DNA of 64,000 bases from an uncultured Holophagales bacterium (GCA_963842525.1 CAWJGT010000009.1:1888001-1952000), one strand, 5' to 3'; numbered from the stretch's first letter, positions 10,256 to 19,386 are shown. Numbers and translations are program-made. The notes: generated by a model not told the origin, from the sequence alone.

Positions 10256-10780
10256 TCAGGTCTCCGAGCCGGGCTTCGGCTGCCGGATATAGAGGGATTC
10301 GTGGAAGGCTGTTCCCTTGCGGACCTGCCGGATCTTCCCGGCGAGGGAGAGCCGGCTGAGGTTCACGCCCACCGAGCGGACGTCCACCCGGCGCTTGAGC
10401 GCTTTGCCGAAGCGCCGTTCCACCTCGCGGGCGATGACGGTGCCCGTAAAGGCCTCTCCCGGCGGGCGTTCCTCCACCACCCGGGCGACAAGGCGGCTGA
10501 GCATCGGCCGACCCGGGCCGAAATCCTCCTCCTGCCGGACCGGCGCCGTCTCCGGCTTGCGGAGAGCGGGAACGCGTCCCACGACCTCGCCGGCCGCGTC
10601 GACGGCCCCCTTGAACGCCTCGTAACGCTCCAGGACATTGGCGAGCCCCTGTGCCGCAACGGCCCGTTGCTCGCGGTGGAAGGCCTCCCGCTCTGCATGG
10701 AGGGCTTCTTCCTTCCGATAGTGCTCGATCTGCGCCTCGAGCTCGGCGATCCACTCTGCGACTGACTGGCTGCGGCTCAT
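10256..10780 (-). CDS. Hypothetical protein: N-terminal coiled coil plus putative C-terminal winged-helix DNA-binding domain
   Basis: ATG at 10780 with a GGAGG RBS; helical N-terminal half; basic C-terminal half FTGTVIAREVERRF...VRSVGVNLSRLSLAGKIRQVRKG resembles a wHTH. Confidence 0.6.
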   Translation of the reverse strand: MSRSQSVAEWIAELEAQIEHYRKEEALHAEREAFHREQRAVAAQGLANVLERYEAFKGAVDAAGEVVGRVPALRKPETAPVRQEEDFGPGRPMLSRLVARVVEERPPGEAFTGTVIAREVERRFGKALKRRVDVRSVGVNLSRLSLAGKIRQVRKGTAFHESLYIRQPKPGSET

Positions 10781-10797
10781 ATCTCCTCCCTGAAAAT

Positions 10798-11428
10798 TGT
10801 CGTAACGTCGCCGTGCTCGCACCCCGGGGCAACCCACAGTGTCGCAGCGGGCAGAAACCACGTCGCCGCGAAGCTCACTCTGTCGCAGGAAACCCTACGC
10901 TGCGACAGTGTCCCTTTGGACGGAAAGCCGGCTTGCAGCCGTCCGCGAGCCGTGCTCCGACTCTGTCGCGCCGTCAGCCATTGAACACCCATATCGCGAG
11001 AAGGGTGCGACATTGCCCTGAAGCGACGCGACAATGCTACCATGCGGCCTGACAGAGTACCAAGACGGTGCAACAGAGGCTGCCCAGACGCGACAAGGCG
11101 AGGATGCTCTGCAGCATGTCTCAACAACTTGGTTGCATTGTTCGAGGACTCTGCGACGAAGCATCGAGGCGATGCGACAATGAGACTAGGCGCTGAAGCA
11201 GAAGCCAGAGCCCCCACGATAGAGAGTCGACACTCTGCGACAGCGCCCGCAATCTCCCGCCTTCGCGAAGAGACGTTGCGACGGCGCACGTTCGCTCTGT
11301 CGCAGAGGAAGGTGACGCTGCGACAGTGTATGCGTGCAATGCGACAGAGTGAGGTGACGCTGCAACAGTGCCCCTAGATCTGCAACGCGTCACCGAGGCG
11401 ACGCGACAAGAAGAGCAGCGCTGCGACA
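10798..11428. repeat. Phased array of TGCGACA / TGTCGCA every ~21 bp with variable spacers
   Basis: Motif or close variant at 10798, 10840, 10861, 10881, 10901, 10964, 11006, 11027, 11048, 11069, 11089, 11110, 11152, 11173, 11236, 11277, 11298, 11319, 11340, 11361, 11381, 11402 and 11422. Confidence 0.85.
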
Positions 11429-11508
11429 GGCGGGAGCGCCGGTGTACCGCCCGGGAGCGGCCGGCATCTCAAAGCAGCCTGTCTTCGTCACGGGGGCCGA
11501 GCATCGCC

Positions 11509-11637
11509 CCCTGGGAGCGCCGGCGTCTCGCCGGCCCACACTCCCCGCGGACCGCGGTGGCCGACCACCTCAATCCCACAGGCCGGGCCTTCGGTCCACT
11601 GTCTTGATGATGCCGGCGAGACGCCGGCGCTCCCAGG
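11509..11637. repeat. REP pair (CTGGGAGCGCCGGC family)
   Basis: ctgggagcgccggcgtctcgccggc ... gccggcgagacgccggcgctcccag; the family recurs at 28435, 40048, 51121 and 62577. Confidence 0.85.
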
Positions 11638-11875
11638 AGCGCAACTTCCGCGTCCGTTGCCGCGAATCGAGGCGGAGTGCCGCCTCGAGCCTGGGCACGT
11701 CGGGAGTGCATATCGCGACGTAGAACACACCGTAGATCCTCCGCCCAGATGCTCCCATCGCACAGAAAGAAATAGAGATAAACTCCCTCTTGTGTGAGGG
11801 CGTTCGGAACCTTATCTGATCGCCAGAGACGTCTAAGCGCGATCCGGGATGCCTTATCGTCCTTCGCAGGTCGCG

Positions 11876-11905
11876 TTGACTCCTGCCGGAGGGAAGGGGT
11901 ATGCT
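11876..11905 (+). promoter_or_regulatory. Candidate sigma70 promoter facing the cassette array (Pc-like)
   Basis: TTGACT - 18 bp - TATGCT, about 100 bp upstream of the attI-like site. Confidence 0.5.
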
Positions 11906-11972
11906 CTCTAAGTTGAGGAACAAGAACACGTTGCAGGCAACACGAGAGGAACGGTACTCCGTCTTATACGGT

Positions 11973-12015
11973 GCGTAGAAGCCCCTAGACAGGATCGCTG
12001 AGTAAGGCGTTGAAC
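11973..12015 (+). other. attI-like site, copy 1
   Basis: Ends in GTTGAAC (GTTRRRY core, 12009-12015) directly ahead of the attC array; identity with the copy at 17516 stops at the G of the core. Confidence 0.5.
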
Positions 12016-12141
12016 TAAACCGCTACGCGGCGGTGCCCTCCGAGCCGAATTTCGCTTTTTTTAGCCGATTTCTTCTCCAAGACGACAAACGTTTCTGATC
12101 GGTCTACCTTTCGGGCTGTACTTTCCCGAAAGGAGGACCCC

Positions 12142-12996
12142 ATGACAGAGATGCGTCGACGGATGGAAGAGGAGTTGAAGCTGCGGGGCTACAGCCCGCG
12201 CACACATGAGGCGTACATCCACTGGGTACGCCAGTTTGCCGCGCACTATCGTCGGCCGCCCGAGCAGATGGGAGCTGAAGAGGTTCGCGCCTACCTGGTC
12301 GATCTTCTCGAAAATCGTAAGCTGGCGCGGTCGTCGTTGGTTCAGGCCTTGTGCGCTTTGAAGTTTTTCTACAGCCAGGTGCTGCATCGGCCCTGCGAGG
12401 TGGAGAATCTACGCTTTCCCCGGCAAAAGAGGAAGTTGCCAACGGTTTTGAGCGAGCCGGAGGTGAGGCGGTTGTTGGAGGCGGCCGAGGACCTGCGGGA
12501 GCAGGCGATCCTGATGACGCTGTATTCGGCGGGCCTGCGCCTGGGCGAATTGCTGCACCTGCAGGTTAAAGACATCGACAGCACGAAGATGCAGATTCGA
12601 GTTCGTCAGGGCAAGGGTTCCAAGGATCGCAACGTCGTGCTGTCGCGGACTCTGCTGGAAGTACTGCGACGCTACTTCCTGCAGTACAGGCCCGAGGTTT
12701 GGCTGTTTTATGGCGAGACGCCGCAGCGGCCACTCAATGAACGGACTGTCCAGCGGATGGTGCGTCGGCTCAGTGAAAAAGCTGGCCTGCGCCAGGGAGT
12801 CAGCACCCACACGCTGAGGCATAGCTTCGCCACCCATCTTTTGGAGCGTGGCACGGAGGTACCGTATATCCAGGAGCTTCTCGGGCATCGCAGCGTGCGC
12901 ACCACGATGCTGTATACGCGGGTCAGTCCGCGAGCGCTGAGCAAGGTGATCAGTCCCTTGGACCGGCTGGACTGGAGACCTCGCGAGTTGACATAG
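12142..12996 (+). CDS. Tyrosine recombinase (N-terminal SAM-like domain), IS91-associated type; not a canonical IntI
   Basis: LRGYSPRT, YSAGLRLGE, GKGSKDR, HTLRHSFATHLLE and LLGH...TTMLY motifs; 284 aa, lacking the IntI-specific insertion. Confidence 0.92.
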   Translation: MTEMRRRMEEELKLRGYSPRTHEAYIHWVRQFAAHYRRPPEQMGAEEVRAYLVDLLENRKLARSSLVQALCALKFFYSQVLHRPCEVENLRFPRQKRKLPTVLSEPEVRRLLEAAEDLREQAILMTLYSAGLRLGELLHLQVKDIDSTKMQIRVRQGKGSKDRNVVLSRTLLEVLRRYFLQYRPEVWLFYGETPQRPLNERTVQRMVRRLSEKAGLRQGVSTHTLRHSFATHLLERGTEVPYIQELLGHRSVRTTMLYTRVSPRALSKVISPLDRLDWRPRELT

Positions 12997-13005
12997 GACG
13001 GTGCC

Positions 13006-14202
13006 GTGTCGGGCACCTCCCGCTTGGAGGTGGCCCACATCTTCCGTCTCTATGGTGAGGAGTATCGGCAAGGACACCGACTCTCCCGGCCGCAGTTGCG
13101 GGCCATGCGGGCCATCGAGATCTGCCGCACCGCCTCTCTGGGCGGGCATGTGGACGAGTGTGACCAGTGCGGTGTACGCACAATCAGCTACAACTCCTGT
13201 CGCAACCGACACTGCCCGAAATGCCAGGGCCTGGACAGGGATCTCTGGTTGGAGCAGCGCTGTGGCGAGTTGCTGCCGGTGCCGTACTTCCATGTCGTAT
13301 TCACAGTTCCAGAAGAGCTCAACCCCCTGGCGCTTGCCAACCCCAAGTGGTTTTACGACCTGCTCTTCGACTGTGCCGCCAAGGCGCTGCTGGAGATCGC
13401 TGCCGATGCCAAGCACCTCGGAGCGCGCATCGGGGTGCTGGCAGTGCTGCACACCTGGAGCCAGACGCTGCTGCTGCATCCGCATCTGCATTGCATCGTA
13501 CCGGGAGGAGGCCTGTCGCCGGACGGGCAGAGGTGGATCGCCAGCCGGCCCAACTACTTCCTGCCGGTCCAGGTGTTGTCGCGGCTGTTCCGCGGCAAGT
13601 TTCTGGCCCAGGTCAAGGCGGCCTGGAAGTCCGGCCAGTTGCGCCTACCAGAGACTCTGCGCGATCCGTTCACCTTCCAGAACCTGCTCGACCGGCTCTA
13701 CCGCAAGACCTGGGTGGTTTACAGCAAACCCCCCTTCGCAGGCCCGGAGCAGGTGCTGGCCTATCTGGCCCGCTACACTCACCGGGTGGCGATCTCCAAT
13801 CATCGCCTCCTCCGTCTGAAAGATGACCAAGTCACCTTCACCTACAAGGACTATACCCAGGGCGGCCGGGTGCGAGAAATGACGCTGCCGGTGGATGAGT
13901 TCATCCGCCGCTTCCTGCTGCACGTGCTTCCTGAGCGCTTCGTGCGCATCCGCTACTACGGCCTGTTGTCCAACCGCCAACGTGCGGGCAACCTGGCCCG
14001 GTGCCGCGAGTTGCTCGGTGCCCCTCCGTCGGAGCTGTCAGTTGCCGAGCCACCGGCCGGCGAGGGCTGGCAAGCCAGGCTGGTCCGGCTGACAGGCAAG
14101 GATCCGACCCTTTGTCCACAGTGCGGGCGGGGCCACCTGCGGCGGGTCGAGGAATTGCCTCCCGCTTGCTCGGCGGCCCGGCCTGGGAGGTCGCCGCCGT
14201 GA
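13006..14202 (+). CDS. IS91 family HUH (Y2) transposase with Zn-binding domain
   Basis: CRTASLGGH, YNSCRNRHCPKCQ, YFHVVFTVP, LHTW...HPHLH (HUH), YLARYTHR (Y2) and RIRYYGLL motifs. Confidence 0.95.
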   Translation: MSGTSRLEVAHIFRLYGEEYRQGHRLSRPQLRAMRAIEICRTASLGGHVDECDQCGVRTISYNSCRNRHCPKCQGLDRDLWLEQRCGELLPVPYFHVVFTVPEELNPLALANPKWFYDLLFDCAAKALLEIAADAKHLGARIGVLAVLHTWSQTLLLHPHLHCIVPGGGLSPDGQRWIASRPNYFLPVQVLSRLFRGKFLAQVKAAWKSGQLRLPETLRDPFTFQNLLDRLYRKTWVVYSKPPFAGPEQVLAYLARYTHRVAISNHRLLRLKDDQVTFTYKDYTQGGRVREMTLPVDEFIRRFLLHVLPERFVRIRYYGLLSNRQRAGNLARCRELLGAPPSELSVAEPPAGEGWQARLVRLTGKDPTLCPQCGRGHLRRVEELPPACSAARPGRSPP

Positions 14203-14465
14203 GACCTGCGCAGGTCCCTGTGGCGTTGCGACTCTCCCAGAGAGTATTGGAGGAGGTGTATCCTCCCGCGATTCTGCGGTACAATGGTGCAAACGAAATC
14301 GCTGTGGGAGGAGCCCTTGGCCGGCCACCAACTCCAGGACGAGGCATTCCGGTACCGCCAGCATCGCATCGCGGGGCTTTCCCGGAGGTGTGGGCGGTCG
14401 AGGCGCGGCTTTCGCCTGCGAATTGATTTGCCATAGCCCGGCAGGTCGGACTCCCCCGCGGTTTC

Positions 14466-14562
14466 GCTCAACCGGCGTCTATCCGCGGTCCTCCCCTGAG
14501 CAGGCGGTGGACTCCGGAGCTGTGTTGTGGGAGGACCCCGGATAGACGCTTACACGTTGGCC
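14466..14562 (+). other. attC-like site at the right end of the IS91-type element
   Basis: GCTCAAC ... gcgtctatccg-cggtcctccc / gggaggacc-ccggatagacgc ... GTTGGCC; long imperfect hairpin. Confidence 0.65.
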
Positions 14563-14623
14563 GGCACATGCGAGATCTTGGCTAAGCTGGTCACCTCCAC
14601 GAGAGGGCGCTGAGTACTAGGCC

Positions 14624-15223
14624 ATGGCTCAGTTAGCGTTTATAAGCCACAACAGCCGTGACACGGAAGTCGCCAGGGAGGTTGCTCTCTTCTTGACTAC
14701 CGAGGGCGTTAATGTGTGGTTCGACGAATGGAACATCGCTGCAGGAGACTCTATCGTTCGGGAGGTCAACTTCGCGCTGGAGCGCTGTACTCATTTCATC
14801 CTCATCTGGTCGACCAACGCCGCACGCTCACCCTGGGTCGGCCAAGAGGCCGAAGCTACAGTAAAGCGCGGCATAGAAGGCGGCGTACCTCGTATCATTC
14901 CGGTAGTACTTGATACGACTCCTTTGCCTCCTTTGGTTTCCGCTATCAGGTACATTCGCTTCGGGGGCGGAACAGAGCAGGACAGGCGAAACATAGTCAG
15001 GGCAGTAGTAGAGAGAGATCCTTCTTCAAACTACACACGCGCAGTCGTGAAGAAGTACAAGGAACTGGTCCGCGGCGTTGATGAGTCTGATCTGATTGCT
15101 TGCCCTGAGTGTGGAAGCCCCAGGGTAAAGATCCAGCAGATAGATGACTATGAGAGAGACCGGTCCGGTGCAGTTGCTACTTGTGAGGAGTGTGGTTGGG
15201 GTGACCTACTAGCGTATGGGTGA
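14624..15223 (+). CDS. TIR-domain protein with C-terminal zinc ribbon (gene cassette)
   Basis: AFISHNSRD, VWFDEWNIAAGDSI, SPWVGQE; CPEC...CEEC; lower GC than the backbone genes. Confidence 0.9.
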   Translation: MAQLAFISHNSRDTEVAREVALFLTTEGVNVWFDEWNIAAGDSIVREVNFALERCTHFILIWSTNAARSPWVGQEAEATVKRGIEGGVPRIIPVVLDTTPLPPLVSAIRYIRFGGGTEQDRRNIVRAVVERDPSSNYTRAVVKKYKELVRGVDESDLIACPECGSPRVKIQQIDDYERDRSGAVATCEECGWGDLLAYG

Positions 15224-15246
15224 CTTACAATGCGGGTGCGTTGACC

Positions 15247-15316
15247 GCCCAACCCCGGCCTCAACCGGACGGCACCGCTTCGCGGCGCCGCGCGGTTAGG
15301 CCCAAAGGCGTTGGCC
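15247..15316 (+). other. attC site
   Basis: GCCCAAC ... ggcctcaacc / ggttaggcc (with an extrahelical base) ... GTTGGCC; 70 bp. Confidence 0.85.
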
Positions 15317-15326
15317 GGACGAACGG

Positions 15327-16325
15327 ATGAGCCAATTGGAGAGCCAACTCCCATCGAGACGGCGGCAGCTAATGGCAGACGTTTTCTTATCATATTCGAG
15401 GCAAGACCTGCCTCTCGTACGGAAACTGGTGATGGCTCTAGAGACAAGGGGCCTAGCGGTCTGGTGGGATCTGTCGATCCCGGCAGGAGCAGTTTGGGCC
15501 AGTGTTATCGAAGATGCCCTGGAATCGTCTCGGGTCATCGTAGTCTTGTGGTCAAGCCATTCGGTCAAGTCAGAATGGGTCCGCGCGGAGGCCGCGCGTG
15601 CAGCCGATCTCGGCAAGTTGATACCGGCTGTCCTTGAGGATGTGCAACTCCCGCTCGGATTCTCGCAATACCAATATGTTGACCTATCGACGTGGGATGG
15701 TTCGTCCAACGCTCCTCCCTTTTTAGCACTCATCCGCGGAATAGCTTCCTTCACGGAAAGGGACCACGCAGAGCGACCGCCGCAACCTGACTCACCGGGT
15801 GATCGAGTTCTCGTGGATACGGCTCGTCCATACAAGGCTCTCCATCGGGCCTCACGCATTAAGCTTTTCATCGCGCATGCGAGTGCCGACAAGCCCAAGC
15901 TACGGCCGACGGTGAAAGTGCTAATCGACCAAGGCTTCCAGCTGTGGGTTGACAAACCTCAGGAGATCGGCTTAGGAAGAGCCTATGAGAATCGATTGTC
16001 GCGAGATCGGATTCAATATGGGCACGACTGGAGAGAGTCTATTCGCGTCGCTGTCAAACGGGCCAGCGTGGTCCTCGCATTCTGGTCTGAAGATGCGGTC
16101 CGGGGGAGACGTGAGCAGTTTCACTATGAGGTGTACATGGGCATGATGCAAAACAAACTCAACCAGTGCCGGATAGATAAAGTTCCGCTCGACGAGATCG
16201 GTATGCCCTATACTTTCGACCAGATCGCGGATTTGGCTGAAATAGAGGAGGGAAAGTACTATCCCGAACTTGATTATCTGATGCAGGACATCGTAGCCCG
16301 GCACCGTTCGTGGTGGTTTGTGTAA
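15327..16325 (+). CDS. Tandem TIR-TIR protein (gene cassette)
   Basis: DVFLSYSRQD...SEWVRAE, then a second unit LFIAHASADK...QLWVDK...FHYEV. Confidence 0.88.
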   Translation: MSQLESQLPSRRRQLMADVFLSYSRQDLPLVRKLVMALETRGLAVWWDLSIPAGAVWASVIEDALESSRVIVVLWSSHSVKSEWVRAEAARAADLGKLIPAVLEDVQLPLGFSQYQYVDLSTWDGSSNAPPFLALIRGIASFTERDHAERPPQPDSPGDRVLVDTARPYKALHRASRIKLFIAHASADKPKLRPTVKVLIDQGFQLWVDKPQEIGLGRAYENRLSRDRIQYGHDWRESIRVAVKRASVVLAFWSEDAVRGRREQFHYEVYMGMMQNKLNQCRIDKVPLDEIGMPYTFDQIADLAEIEEGKYYPELDYLMQDIVARHRSWWFV

Positions 16326-16376
16326 TGCAAAGGTCGCAAAACGAATGGGCATATCGAACAGTCGCGAAAGAGAAGC

Positions 16377-16457
16377 GGCCAACCAGAGCGGTCGAGCGGA
16401 CGGATACCGCGCAGAAAGCGCGCGCGGTCCCGCCGCTCACCGCCAGAGCCGTTCGGC
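16377..16457 (+). other. attC site
   Basis: GGCCAAC ... gcggtcgagcgg / ccgctcaccgc ... GTTCGGC; 81 bp. Confidence 0.85.
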
Positions 16458-16495
16458 GCTAGGTCAGCGCACGTTAGAGAGTGAGGTAAAATCGT

Positions 16496-16717
16496 ATGTC
16501 GGGAAGTCAAGAGGAAATGAGCCAGCCTCCTATACAAACTACAAAGATCTTCAGCTGCGGAGGCCCAGATCTGATTTTCAAGTTCGAAACTCATAGAGGC
16601 TTGATTGGAAGATATTCTCGACCTACCAAAGGGGCTGTCCGGTTAATGCTTCCCAGTGGGAGTGCAAAGCCGGCCCAGGTGCTCGGCGCTCTGCGTGAAG
16701 CCTGGAACAGGCAATAG
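16496..16717 (+). CDS. Small hypothetical ORF, possibly a cassette remnant
   Basis: 73 aa ORF with a GAGG RBS directly after an attC; no recognisable motif. Confidence 0.35.
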   Translation: MSGSQEEMSQPPIQTTKIFSCGGPDLIFKFETHRGLIGRYSRPTKGAVRLMLPSGSAKPAQVLGALREAWNRQ

Positions 16718-16887
16718 CAGGGGAGTCACCCAATGCCAGATTTCATCTACTGTGGAATAGACCCACCGGTCGGTGCTGATGGCACGCAAGAACTACTACT
16801 GAGTCACTATAAGGCGATTTGGTATCCACCGCCGATTTTGGAGCAAAGCCGCCGATCATCGGCATTTCGTCTTGGAGGCACGACCGA

Positions 16888-17355
16888 ATGGAGGCGAAGG
16901 ACATTGCGGCCGCAGTTATTGCAGGACTTAGTGTCTTGGTCGCCGCGTTCACGCTGGCGAAGGGGCTTATCGAGTATCGAAAGCAAGGTGTGACGAAGCG
17001 CGTAGAGTTGTTCCTTCAACTGCGCACTCGACTGAGGCATGACCCGGTGTTCGTAAAGATCTGTGATTTGCTGGAGGTAGATTCCAAAGAGCTGCAAGAC
17101 ATTCCACTCGTGGAGCGAGACAGGTTCATTGGCTTCTTTGAGGAGCTCGCCCTCATACGCAACTCCGGCCTCATTAACGATCAGGTGTCGCTTTACATGT
17201 TTGGCTACTTCGCCATTCGGTGTTATCAGAGCAGCAACTTCTGGCATGGCTTAAATCGCAACCAACCGTTTTGGTCGCTGTTTATGGATTTTGCCCAACA
17301 GATGGAATCTGCACAAAGGACATTCCAATATGACCGTCGCGACTTCTACCTATAG
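16888..17355 (+). CDS. Single-TM cassette protein (DUF4760-like)
   Basis: GGAGG RBS, N-terminal TM helix, FFEELALIRNSGLINDQV motif; followed by an attC. Confidence 0.7.
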   Translation: MEAKDIAAAVIAGLSVLVAAFTLAKGLIEYRKQGVTKRVELFLQLRTRLRHDPVFVKICDLLEVDSKELQDIPLVERDRFIGFFEELALIRNSGLINDQVSLYMFGYFAIRCYQSSNFWHGLNRNQPFWSLFMDFAQQMESAQRTFQYDRRDFYL

Positions 17356-17373
17356 AGCGGAATCTGACAGGAC

Positions 17374-17425
17374 GCCCAACCCGGCGCTGCAGGACGCGCC
17401 GCGCCCCTGAGCTTTGTCGTTGGCG
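17374..17425 (+). other. Short attC site
   Basis: GCCCAAC ccggc gctgcagg / cctgagc ... GTTGGCG; 52 bp. Confidence 0.7.
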
Positions 17426-17490
17426 ATTGACATGAAGCTGCTACAACAATCCCGATTGCTCTTTACGCTGGTGCTGTCTTTTGGTCTCGG

Positions 17491-17552
17491 GGAGCGCAAC
17501 TTCCGCGTTCTACGCGCGTAGAAAGCCCTAGACGGCATCGCTGAGTAAGGCG
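17491..17552 (+). repeat. Internally shortened direct repeat of the 11636-12009 leader (attI-like copy 2)
   Basis: ggagcgcaacttccgcgt is identical to 11636-11653; gcgtagaaagccctagacggcatcgctgagtaaggcg closely matches 11973-12009. Confidence 0.85.
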
Positions 17553-17591
17553 GTCCAGACGCAATCAAGTCACAGGACTGAGGAGAAGACA

Positions 17592-17933
17592 ATGTTTGCG
17601 TGGCTCATGGGTCTCAAGGCCATCTCCCCTGCCGGGCTGCATCAACTGATGCAGGACAAACCAGTAACGGCCGTGGATGTCAACTCTCACCAGAGCTGGG
17701 TACAGGCTCGCGTCTCCGGCGCGCTGAACCTTGATCCGGCCGGCTACGACGAAAACAGTCTTCCGGCGGACAAAGACTCGCTTCTGGTGTTCTATTGCTC
17801 CAACCCGCTGTGCAGAAAAGCGCCCAATGCAGCTCGTCGAGCCAAACAAATGGGCTACCGCAATGTTCATGTCATGTCAGCAGGCATCAGCGGCTGGCTC
17901 AATGCAAAGCTCCCAACGGAGTCTGGCGACTGA
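17592..17933 (+). CDS. Rhodanese-like domain protein
   Basis: AVDVN, VFYCSNPLC and GYRNVHVMSAGISGW motifs. Confidence 0.9.
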   Translation: MFAWLMGLKAISPAGLHQLMQDKPVTAVDVNSHQSWVQARVSGALNLDPAGYDENSLPADKDSLLVFYCSNPLCRKAPNAARRAKQMGYRNVHVMSAGISGWLNAKLPTESGD

Positions 17934-18046
17934 GCTTGCGCCGTCAAAAGACCAAGCATGATGCGGCTCCACGTCAGGGGAGCTGCGGGAGGACGGGTAG
18001 TAGTGCTAAACTAGAGGCGGAAGCGTCATCGAGAGGAGAGACCACG

Positions 18047-18575
18047 ATGATCCGTCCTTTGCTGCTTGCCCTTCTTTTCGCCACTGTCAATGAGCCAGGT
18101 GTGTCGCCGGACCGGCCTTCGCTGCCCGAGGATCCGTGCAGGCTGGCGAGGCGCATCGCCGAGGCGCCTCCGTGCCTTGAGCCGTCCGATTGCCAAGCGG
18201 TCGAGCTGTGGCGCCAGGCCTTCGGAGCTCCCCGAGGTCCTGCTGGTGCGGCCCGAGGTGCCCGGGACGCTCCCGCGTGCCCTGGAGTCCCGTCTGCCGG
18301 ACCGGCAGATTGCTCTCGGGGAGGGCAAGGAGCCCCTCGTTGCCGTCCTCCGCCGGCTGGCCGAGGCGTCCGGGCTCGATGTCCTCGTGGACCGGAGCGT
18401 CACCGGCGATTTCCGCGGGGAGTCCGGAACGGTCCCGCTCGACGAGGCCTGGCGCAGGGTCCTGACCTCCGGGCGGCTGTCCGTCGCTGTCGAAGGCAAG
18501 GTCGTGATGGTCGGGAGCTCGCGCGGCCTGCCTGGGCGTCCCAGAGGGAGCCTGTTCAACTGCCCCGCCCGCTGA
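18047..18575 (+). CDS. Secreted protein with STN/secretin-N0-like domain (frameshifted)
   Basis: Signal peptide MIRPLLLALL; second frame PLVAVLRRLAEASGLDVLVDRSVTG...VPLDEAWRRVL. Confidence 0.55.
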
Positions 18576-18622
18576 GTCCCGGAGGCGCGACGACTGCGGT
18601 CGTTGAGATCCGCGACGCGGCG

Positions 18623-19036
18623 ATGGGGGACGCGGAGCAGGTTGCTCAGCTCATCACCGAGCTGGGATACCCGACCACCTTTGAGGCCATGAGGGATCGG
18701 CTTTCGACGATCCTGGCCGATCCGAGCTATGCGACGTTCGTGGCGGACGCAGGCGGTGACGTTGTCGGCGTGGCTGGAGCTGCTTTTTCCTGGTACTATG
18801 AAAAAGATGGCATGTATTCCCGATTGCTCGTCCTTGCCGTGTCGTCAACAACACGAGGGTTGGGCATCGGCGGTGAGCTCGTTCAGGCCGTCGAACGTTG
18901 GGCCATTGCCAAGGGCGCGCGTGAAGTAGTTGTCAACAGCGGGCTGCACCGCAGCGATGCCCATCGCTTTTACGAACGATGCGGATATTCCCGCACCGGT
19001 TTCCGCTTTGTCAAACAGCTTGGAGCGCAGAGATGA
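18623..19036 (+). CDS. GNAT family N-acetyltransferase (start uncertain)
   Basis: LAVSSTTRGLGIGGELV and AHRFYERCGY motifs. Confidence 0.9.
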   Translation: MGDAEQVAQLITELGYPTTFEAMRDRLSTILADPSYATFVADAGGDVVGVAGAAFSWYYEKDGMYSRLLVLAVSSTTRGLGIGGELVQAVERWAIAKGAREVVVNSGLHRSDAHRFYERCGYSRTGFRFVKQLGAQR

Positions 19037-19383
19037 CCGAGAATAAAAAAACGGTGGAGCAGTACATGGATGGCTTCCGGCAAAGCGACCATGAGCTGAT
19101 CCTGTCCTGCCTGACGGATGACGTCGAATGGGAGATGCCCGGCGCGTTTCACCTGGTTGGCAAGGAAGCCTTCGACAAGGAAATCGAGAACGATGCGTTC
19201 GTCGGCCGCCCCATCATCACCATCACGCGAATGACGGAAGAAAACGATGTCGTCGTCGCGGAAGGCTCAGTGCGCGCAGAGAAGAAGGCCGGCGGCTTCC
19301 TCAGCGCGGTGTTCTGCGATGTATTCATGATGCAACGTGGCAAGATCAAGAAATTGATCACCTATCTCGTGGTGGTGGAGTGA
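19033..19383 (+). CDS. SnoaL/NTF2-like protein
   Basis: NKKTVEQYMDGF...LTDDVEW...VVVAEG...FCDVF; ATGA overlap with the GNAT gene. Confidence 0.88.
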   Translation: MTENKKTVEQYMDGFRQSDHELILSCLTDDVEWEMPGAFHLVGKEAFDKEIENDAFVGRPIITITRMTEENDVVVAEGSVRAEKKAGGFLSAVFCDVFMMQRGKIKKLITYLVVVE

Positions 19384-19386
19384 GGC

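Larger units (their letters stand above)
12050..14556 (+). mobile_element. Recombinase + IS91-type element embedded in the cassette array (ends approximate)
   Basis: Two coupled genes between GCCGAAT (12044-12050) and a terminal attC-like hairpin. Confidence 0.75.

Noticed and set aside
10798-11428. CRISPR array (also considered for 1031-1320 and 39812-40000)
   Set aside because: The repeats are only 6-7 bp with ~14 bp spacers, and there are no cas genes.
11640-11760. Remnant of an intI 5' end on the minus strand (PRLEAALRLDSRQRTRKLRS)
   Set aside because: The resemblance is too weak and short to support.
12142-12996. Integron integrase IntI
   Set aside because: It lacks the IntI-specific insertion, is coupled to an IS91-type transposase, and lies downstream of the attI-like site in the same orientation as the cassettes.
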